In this document: positions 43,429 to 50,423 of the stretch, in pieces
Position numbering within the stretch: position 1 is the stretch's first letter
Layout: each line of letters begins with the position of its first letter
Assembly (NCBI GenBank): GCA_041686375.1
Contig: JAWLEB010000010.1
Span: 15,301-79,300 of the forward strand
DNA length: 64,000 nt
Reading direction: 5' to 3'
DNA from: Bacteroidales bacterium
GTDB lineage: Bacteria > Bacteroidota > Bacteroidia > Bacteroidales > UBA12077
Position numbers and translations under genes: made by a program
The notes under the pieces: generated by a model
Databases searched by the model: none
What the model was told of the DNA's origin: nothing
What the model saw: only the letters and a program-made list of their open reading frames with translations

Positions 43429-43436
43429 CAAATATA
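43429..43436 (-). promoter_or_regulatory. candidate -7 box (TATATTTG) for the MATE gene
   Basis: Minus-strand TAnnTTTG match about 40 nt upstream of the MATE ATG (43388). Confidence 0.3.
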
Positions 43437-43635
43437 CAACAGACAGTACTACATAAACACTTATAATGTTCAATTCATACTATCTGTTGTACACTTTTCG
43501 AAAAGTATGGTGTCCCCTTGTCTTAATCTCATTATTCATAAAAAATAAACAAGTTTTGTTTCAACATAATACTGTTGGACAAGGAAACAACTAATAAATA
43601 AAACTAATGGCGGATAGTTGAAATTTGTAACCCCA

Positions 43636-45012
43636 TTAGACCCTTTCCATTTCGACAGTAAAATGCCTCATAATAGGAGCTTCATTAACAACCTTAAGTC
43701 CCTTCGTAATTGAGTCCCTTCTGTCAAATACATTCTTTAAACCCGCCGCAACCACATCCATATGATTATTTGTATATACTCTTCGTGGAATTGTCAGTCT
43801 AACCAATTCAAGTTCAGGGTATCGGTTTTTCCTTGTAACAGGATCTCTGTCTGCCAATAAAGTTCCTATTTCTACGCCGCGGACTCCAGATTCAATATAA
43901 AGTTCTACTGCGAGGGTTTGGGCTCTCAACTGTTCTTTAGGTAAATCTGGCAAAAAAGCATTGGCATCTACAAAAATTGCATGCCCGCCAAAAGGATGTT
44001 GGACAGGAATATTAAAATCAGCCAACTTTTGGCCGAGATAAGCTACTTGTTGAATTCTTGTTTCCAGATAATCAAATTCTGTTCCTTCATACAATCCGAT
44101 GGATAATGCATTCATATCACGCCCGGACATTCCTCCATAAGTGATAAACCCTTCAAACATAATATTGTAAACACTTGCCTGTTTAAATATTTCTTCTTCT
44201 TTACAAGCAATAAAACCACCCATATTTACAATCGCATCCTTTTTGCTGCTCATAGTCATGAAATCAGCAAATTGAAACATCTCTCTCACGATTTCCCTAA
44301 TAGATTTATTTTCATAACCCGCCTCCCTGGTCTTTATGAAATAAGCATTTTCAGCAAAACGGGCTGAATCGAAAAGCACCTTTACATTGTGCTTATCAGC
44401 CAACTGCTTAACTTCTTTCAGGTTTTGCATTGAAACAGGCTGGCCCCCTGAAGAATTACAGGTTAGTGTCAAAACCACAAAAGGAATGTTTTCACTGGAA
44501 TTTTCTTCCAGTACTTTATCCAGTTTATTGATATCAATATTGCCTTTGAACGGATGTTCAATTTGTGTGTCAAAAGCTTCATCAATAGTGCAGTCAACAG
44601 CAGTCGCCTTTCTAAACTCAATATGTCCTTTTGTGGTATCAAAATGAGAGTTTCCGGGAATAATATTCCCTTCTTTCACCAAAACGGAAAACAAAACATT
44701 CTCAGCAGCTCTGCCCTGATGCGTTGGTAAAAAATAATTAAACCCGAAAATATCTTTAATGGTATTTTTTAATTTATAATAAGAAGAAGCACCGGCATAA
44801 CTCTCATCACCAGTCATTAATCCAGCCCATTGTTTATCACTCATTGCTCCCGTGCCGGAATCGGTTAATAAATCAATAAATACTTGTTCACTTTTCAGAT
44901 TGAATAAATTATAACGGGCTTCCTTAATCCATTTTTCTCTCTCAGTCTGGGTACTTTTTTCAATGGCTTCAACCATTTTAATTTTGTATGATTCAGCAAA
45001 TGGTAATTCCAT
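43636..45012 (-). CDS. tnaA: tryptophanase / beta-eliminating lyase (tryptophan indole-lyase or tyrosine phenol-lyase)
   Basis: 458 aa. DLLTDSGTGAMS, PTHQGRAAE, PLP-lysine region MSSKKDAIVNMGG. I cannot separate Tna from Tpl by eye. Confidence 0.85.
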   Translation of the reverse strand: MELPFAESYKIKMVEAIEKSTQTEREKWIKEARYNLFNLKSEQVFIDLLTDSGTGAMSDKQWAGLMTGDESYAGASSYYKLKNTIKDIFGFNYFLPTHQGRAAENVLFSVLVKEGNIIPGNSHFDTTKGHIEFRKATAVDCTIDEAFDTQIEHPFKGNIDINKLDKVLEENSSENIPFVVLTLTCNSSGGQPVSMQNLKEVKQLADKHNVKVLFDSARFAENAYFIKTREAGYENKSIREIVREMFQFADFMTMSSKKDAIVNMGGFIACKEEEIFKQASVYNIMFEGFITYGGMSGRDMNALSIGLYEGTEFDYLETRIQQVAYLGQKLADFNIPVQHPFGGHAIFVDANAFLPDLPKEQLRAQTLAVELYIESGVRGVEIGTLLADRDPVTRKNRYPELELVRLTIPRRVYTNNHMDVVAAGLKNVFDRRDSITKGLKVVNEAPIMRHFTVEMERV

Positions 45013-45294
45013 AACTAATATATTTTATTAATTTTACATCAATAACTAAAAATCATTAATTGTTGAAGGTAAGCGCTGTTAATGTCAGGTCAAAATCCAG
45101 TAAAATTTAAACGTAACTATATAGCAGCGGTCAATATAAGTAAGGAGTACTTATCCCGTCTTTTGATGTTAAGGTAACGGTATCGCGGTTTATATTCCTT
45201 TATGAATGCTTCGGCCATCTTCTGAAATTTTTTACAAAATTATTATTTTAATCAAAAAAGAAATAAATTACGCCCAAAAATTTTGTACTAAACC

Positions 45295-47058
45295 ATGAGC
45301 ATACAAACACATATTTCCCTTATAATCTTTATTTTGCATCCCAATTTACTATGTGCCGCCCTATTGTTACTAAATCCTGTCAGCAGAGAAAACATTAACA
45401 CTCAAGCCCCTACGGTAATTGACACCACTATTAATGAAGGATCAAATAACGATTCGATTCCTGATACCTCGAGAATATCCATCCCGGATACATTTCAGGA
45501 ACAGATAAAATTCTCCGGAGTTACTATTTATCTACCTTTTCAGGATACAGCAACTGCGAAAGATACAATACTTGAAAAGCAAAAAGACCAAACCGCCGAA
45601 CAGGATCGCAAAGATACTGTTGCCACGGAGCAGGACACTGTCAAAATGGCTGAAAAAGACAGCCTTATCATGCAAGATGAAAAAGAAAAACTAGTTACTA
45701 AACTAGATTCTGCTTTTTACTACATGAACAAATATACACAGAAAGATACACTAAGAATAATAGATGACACGCTGCAAACACATATTGACAAGCTCATCCA
45801 TTTCCTTAAAAGCCAGCCAATAGATTCATCCATTAACTATTTGAATGAATGGCTACAAAAAGATACGCTTAAAGAAGAATTTTCAGATACCACAAACATT
45901 GAACAAACCGATTCCCTGATTAATTATCTCAACTACATGTTAGAGTATGCAGAAGAAGATTCAGTAGAGTTTTATATTATTACAAAAAACAATGATACCG
46001 TCCCTCTTTGGCTTTCCAAAGAAGAAAAAAAAGATTCCTCACGCCTGGTATTATACGATGATCTTGATAATCCGGCAGGATTGTGGGTAACCCCTTTAAA
46101 TAAAAATGCAATTAAATTACAGTTTGATGAAAATACGGTAATTGAAAAAAACGGATTTAGAAAACGAAGAGAAGAAGATTTACCCATTATAATAGATTTA
46201 GAAAAACTAAAGAAACACAAACCCATTGATATGGTATTCCCTCAGTGGAGGACTGGTGGAACGGCTAATCTAGACTTCAATCAGGGTTACGTCAAAAATT
46301 GGGTAAAAGGTGGAGAAAGCACATTAAGTTCATTGTTGCATATAAAATTTAATGTTGGCTATAAAAAAGGGGAAACAGCCTGGGATAATGATATAGAATA
46401 TAAAGCAGGAATATTGCAAAGTGGAGAAAGAGGATTAAGAAAAAACGAAGATGTTTTTGAAATCAATTCAAAATTTGGCAATAATGCAAGTAAAGACTGG
46501 TATTATAGTGCTCTTGTCAACTTCACTACCCAATTATTTCGGGGATACGATTATCCGAATGACTCTGTAGCCGTATCAGGATTATTATCACCAGCATATT
46601 TGGTTTTTTCGGTTGGTATGGACTATAAACCATCAAATGATCTGACGATATTACTCTCGCCAATATCATCAAAATATTCAATGATGCGGGATACATCAAG
46701 GTTTGATCAAACAAAATTTGGTATCAGTAAAGACGAGAAAGTCAAAAAAGAGTTGGGTGCATATGTGAAATCTATATATGAATTTAATGTTCATGAAGAT
46801 ATTCATATCGAGAATAAAGTAAAGCTCTTCACAAATTATTTAAATAAACCACAAAACATAGATATAGACTGGGAAGTAATAGTTAATATGCAGATTACTG
46901 ACTACATTAAAGCTTCTGTAAATAGTCACCTCGTATATGAGGATGACATTGATTTCCCCGTTTATGAAATTATTGATGGAGAAGAAACACAAGTGGGTAC
47001 GACAAAAAAGATACAGTTCAAAGAAGTAATAAGCGTAGGAATTACATATAGATTTTAA
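45295..47058 (+). CDS. DUF3078-family outer-membrane protein with a long N-terminal extension
   Basis: 587 aa with a signal-like N-terminus. WRTGGTANLDFNQGYVKNWVKGGESTLS matches my recollection of the DUF3078 signature. The C-terminal beta-barrel ends ITYRF. Confidence 0.65.
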   Translation: MSIQTHISLIIFILHPNLLCAALLLLNPVSRENINTQAPTVIDTTINEGSNNDSIPDTSRISIPDTFQEQIKFSGVTIYLPFQDTATAKDTILEKQKDQTAEQDRKDTVATEQDTVKMAEKDSLIMQDEKEKLVTKLDSAFYYMNKYTQKDTLRIIDDTLQTHIDKLIHFLKSQPIDSSINYLNEWLQKDTLKEEFSDTTNIEQTDSLINYLNYMLEYAEEDSVEFYIITKNNDTVPLWLSKEEKKDSSRLVLYDDLDNPAGLWVTPLNKNAIKLQFDENTVIEKNGFRKRREEDLPIIIDLEKLKKHKPIDMVFPQWRTGGTANLDFNQGYVKNWVKGGESTLSSLLHIKFNVGYKKGETAWDNDIEYKAGILQSGERGLRKNEDVFEINSKFGNNASKDWYYSALVNFTTQLFRGYDYPNDSVAVSGLLSPAYLVFSVGMDYKPSNDLTILLSPISSKYSMMRDTSRFDQTKFGISKDEKVKKELGAYVKSIYEFNVHEDIHIENKVKLFTNYLNKPQNIDIDWEVIVNMQITDYIKASVNSHLVYEDDIDFPVYEIIDGEETQVGTTKKIQFKEVISVGITYRF

Positions 47059-47096
47059 CCATGAAAAAAATTATTCACCTGATAAAAAAACAAAAA

Positions 47097-47127
47097 AGTC
47101 AGAAACAAAATGCTTCTGACTTTCTTG
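47097..47127 (+). terminator. intrinsic terminator after the DUF3078 gene
   Basis: AGTCAGAA (47097-47104) pairs with TTCTGACT (47114-47121) around a 9-nt loop, followed by TTTCTTG. Confidence 0.45.
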
Positions 47128-47483
47128 ATACCCATTTACTAACCCTAAAACTAAATGAAAAAACTAAAACCCTTTAAAATATCACAGATTTTCGGGATAA
47201 AAATGTTATTTAATTAAACGTTTTTTTTTAAAAATTGTTGCAAAATTATGTATTTTTTATTCTTTTAATAAACTAACTTTAAATAACTTATTATAAAAAA
47301 TATAGATTAAATTATATAAAGTTTTAATTCAATGATAAAAATCATTGCTTCCAGACATATGAATTAATCATATTTACGGAATCAAAAAAATAATATGTTA
47401 TAAAAACATCTTCCGTCATAAAACTTTTATATGATTTTTTCGTCATAAAGATTTATAAATGCCAAATAAAGATTAACAAATCT

Positions 47484-49220
47484 ATGCAAAGAGAAATAAA
47501 ATTTAGTCTGGTGTACAGAGACATGTGGCAATCCAGCGGAAAATACGTTCCACGGGTTGATCAATTAAAGAAAATAGCTCCTGAGATTATTAATATGGGA
47601 TGTTTTTCCCGCATTGAAACGAATGGTGGAGCTTTTGAACAGGTAAATCTTCTTTACGGTGAGAATCCCAATAAAGCAGTAAGAGAGTGGACAAAACCGT
47701 TCAATGAGGCGGGTATTCAAACACACATGCTGGAAAGAGCCCTCAATGGAATAAGAATGTTCCCTGTTCCGGCAGATATAAGAAGATTAATGTTTCATGT
47801 AAAAAAAGCTCAGGGAGTCGATATAGCCAGATCTTTTTGTGGACTAAATGATCACAGGAATCTGGAATTGTCCATCAAATACGCCAAGGAAGCTGATATG
47901 ATATCTCAGGTAGCCTTAAGCATCACACACTCTAAGATTCACACCAATGAATATTATTTAGGTGTAGTTGACAAAGCTGTGGAATACGGAGCAGATGAGA
48001 TATGCCTAAAAGACATGGCAGGAGTTGGGCGTCCGGTTAATTTAGGAAATCTGGTACGAATGATTAAGGAAAAATATCCCGACATTGTTGTTCAATATCA
48101 TGGGCACTCGGGACCGGGTTTCTCTGTTGCTTCAACGCTGGAAGCTGCAAAAGGAGGAGCCGATTATATCGATGTGGCTATGGAACCACTATCATGGGGC
48201 ATGGTGCATGCTGATGTAATCACAATACAAGCAATGCTCAAAGATGCTGGATTTAAAGTACCTGAAATCAACATGGATGCATATATGAAGGTAAGAGCTC
48301 TCAACAAGGAATTTATCAATGATTTCCTCGGTTACTTTATTAATCCACGGAATAGATACATGTCATCCTTGTTGGTAAAAGCAGGTCTGCCGGGAGGTAT
48401 GATGGGAAGTATGATGGCGGATTTAAAAAATGTGCAGGATGGCCTAAATCAAACTTTAGAAGCTAATGGCAAACAACCACTAAATGAAGATGAATTACTC
48501 ACAAAGCTTTTCGACGAAGTTGTAGATATATGGCCAAAATTGGGCAATCCTCCACTTGTAACGCCTTTCAGCCAATATGTAAAAAATATCGCCCTGCTTA
48601 ATGTAATGGCAGAGATACAAGGAAAATCAAAATTCCAAATGATTGACAATAATGCATGGGATATGATTCTTGGCAAATCAGGTAAATTACCAGGAAAACT
48701 TGACCCGCAGATAGTCGAACTAGCAAAACAACAAGGTAAAGAATTCTATGAAGGCGTCCCCCAGGATAATTATCCTGATGCCCTTGATAAATATAAAGAG
48801 GAGATGAAAGAAAAAGGATGGGATCTTGGTCAGGATAATGAAGAATTATTTGAGTTTGCAATGCATGAAAGGCAATACCGTGATTATAAAGCAGGTGTAG
48901 CAAAAGAAAGGTTCCAAGAAGAAATTGAAAAATTAAAATCAGAGAAAAAAGAGCCTTCTGGTAAACAAACAAAAAGTTCTTCAGACAAAGACATTATTGC
49001 ACCAACAATCGGTAGGGTATATTTCAACCTTAATTACTTCATTGAAGAAAAAACAATAGAAGTTGGAACAAAAATCAAAAAAGGAGAACGAATCTGTTAT
49101 ATAGAATCAAATAATACACTGGAGGAAATTACCTCAGGCTATGAGGGAGAGGTTGAAGACATATTTATCAATCAAGGGGATATAGTAAGGACAAATGAAT
49201 TAATATTAAGACTTAAATAA
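47484..49220 (+). CDS. divergent carboxyltransferase (transcarboxylase 5S / OadA / PycB-like TIM barrel) with a C-terminal biotinyl-like domain lacking the biotin lysine
   Basis: 578 aa. YRDMWQS (compare RDxxQS), LKDMAGV (compare KDMAG), QYHGHSG (compare HxH metal site). The C-terminal barrel-sandwich-like segment is IIAPTIGRVYF...GTKIKKGERICYIESNNTLEEI...GDIVRTNELILRLK. Confidence 0.7.
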   Translation: MQREIKFSLVYRDMWQSSGKYVPRVDQLKKIAPEIINMGCFSRIETNGGAFEQVNLLYGENPNKAVREWTKPFNEAGIQTHMLERALNGIRMFPVPADIRRLMFHVKKAQGVDIARSFCGLNDHRNLELSIKYAKEADMISQVALSITHSKIHTNEYYLGVVDKAVEYGADEICLKDMAGVGRPVNLGNLVRMIKEKYPDIVVQYHGHSGPGFSVASTLEAAKGGADYIDVAMEPLSWGMVHADVITIQAMLKDAGFKVPEINMDAYMKVRALNKEFINDFLGYFINPRNRYMSSLLVKAGLPGGMMGSMMADLKNVQDGLNQTLEANGKQPLNEDELLTKLFDEVVDIWPKLGNPPLVTPFSQYVKNIALLNVMAEIQGKSKFQMIDNNAWDMILGKSGKLPGKLDPQIVELAKQQGKEFYEGVPQDNYPDALDKYKEEMKEKGWDLGQDNEELFEFAMHERQYRDYKAGVAKERFQEEIEKLKSEKKEPSGKQTKSSSDKDIIAPTIGRVYFNLNYFIEEKTIEVGTKIKKGERICYIESNNTLEEITSGYEGEVEDIFINQGDIVRTNELILRLK

Positions 49221-49254
49221 AAAGAAGCTGAACAAAAACTTTTAAAGCTGTTTT

Positions 49255-49320
49255 GCTGAAAATCAGTCGCTGCCCGTTATTTGGCAACTATCGGAAAACC
49301 TGATTTTCAGCAACTTTTTT
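49255..49320. terminator. long-loop inverted repeat between convergent genes (possible bidirectional terminator)
   Basis: GCTGAAAATCAG (49255-49266) pairs with CTGATTTTCAGC (49300-49311), a 12-bp perfect stem with a 33-nt loop, followed by AACTTTTTT. Confidence 0.4.
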
Positions 49321-49335
49321 ATACCTTATCAAATT

Positions 49336-50346
49336 TTAATATTTATATTTTTTAATAATCTCCTCAGGATTCATAAGTATATCTACATATTGAGCTCTCT
49401 TATATACAAATGGATTAGAAACATTCTTCCTGGATAATTTCCCCTGAAATTCTTTTATAGAAGCATAAGAACTGTTATCCATCCACTTTTCTATTTCTTC
49501 CAACATCTTAGGAATGTGACTGATGCTATTTTTGTATAATGTACTGACTATCTGAACACAATCAGCGCCCGCCAAAATCATCTTAAGGACATCTTCTCCG
49601 GAAAAAATGCCCGTATTGGCACATATTGCTGCATTAATATTGTCATAGAGCAATCCTGAATACCGCAATGAAATTTTGTGGTCTCCTTTCTCCGATAAAT
49701 TAAACGGAAATAGATGCTCCTCCTTGTAAATATTAATTTCTGGTTCAAATAGCCTGTTAAATAAAACAAAGCCATCAACACCCTCTTCGTCCATATTTTG
49801 AACCATATTCAAGATATTAGAATAAAATGGACTAATCTTTACACTTACAGGAATAGAAATTTGCTTTCTGATATCTTTTAGGATTGAGACTTGTTCTTCT
49901 TCGATAGCGACACCCTCTTCGTCAATAGCAAAGGGAATATGGAAAAAATTCAGTTCCAGGGCATCCACTCCTGTATCTTCTATTTTTTTTGCATAATCAA
50001 TCCATGTATTGCTATAAACTGCATTCAAACTGGCAATAACAGGAATCCCAAGAGTTGCTTTTGCCTTCCGAAGTTCAAGAAGATGTTCTTCTGCTCCGGC
50101 ATGTTGAATGTTCGGATGAGTAGAAATCATCTCTGGATGCCTGTCATCAAATTCGGTTAGTTCTTCATCCAATTGGGCACGCTCTAGTTGTATCTGTTCT
50201 TCAAATAATGATTTATAAACAACTGCAGCAGCACCTACTTCCTCCATCTCGCGGAGGTTACTTATTTCTTCTGAAAGATCAGATGCGCCAACGATTATGG
50301 GATTCTTTAACTGAAGTCCCAGGTATTTTGTGGTTAAATCCGCCAT
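49336..50346 (-). CDS. dihydroorotate dehydrogenase-like FMN TIM-barrel protein
   Basis: 336 aa. MADLTTKYLGLQLKNPIIVGASDLS..., ALELNFF, and a C-terminal ...GADCVQIVSTLY pattern resembling DHOD/dihydropyrimidine-dehydrogenase PreA-like barrels. Confidence 0.65.
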   Translation of the reverse strand: MADLTTKYLGLQLKNPIIVGASDLSEEISNLREMEEVGAAAVVYKSLFEEQIQLERAQLDEELTEFDDRHPEMISTHPNIQHAGAEEHLLELRKAKATLGIPVIASLNAVYSNTWIDYAKKIEDTGVDALELNFFHIPFAIDEEGVAIEEEQVSILKDIRKQISIPVSVKISPFYSNILNMVQNMDEEGVDGFVLFNRLFEPEINIYKEEHLFPFNLSEKGDHKISLRYSGLLYDNINAAICANTGIFSGEDVLKMILAGADCVQIVSTLYKNSISHIPKMLEEIEKWMDNSSYASIKEFQGKLSRKNVSNPFVYKRAQYVDILMNPEEIIKKYKY

Positions 50347-50423
50347 AATAAAAAAAATTTAAAATTACACTATTACACATAATAGAACAAGATACAAAAA
50401 AAATCGTTCACTATAATCATGGA

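Noticed and set aside
47061-47177. Small ORF MKKIIHLIKKQKSQKQNASDFLDTHLLTLKLNEKTKTL overlapping the DUF3078 stop codon (TAACCATG).
   Set aside because: It is K/Q-rich and low-complexity. Its centre is the terminator hairpin of the upstream gene (47097-47121), so it is most likely non-coding.
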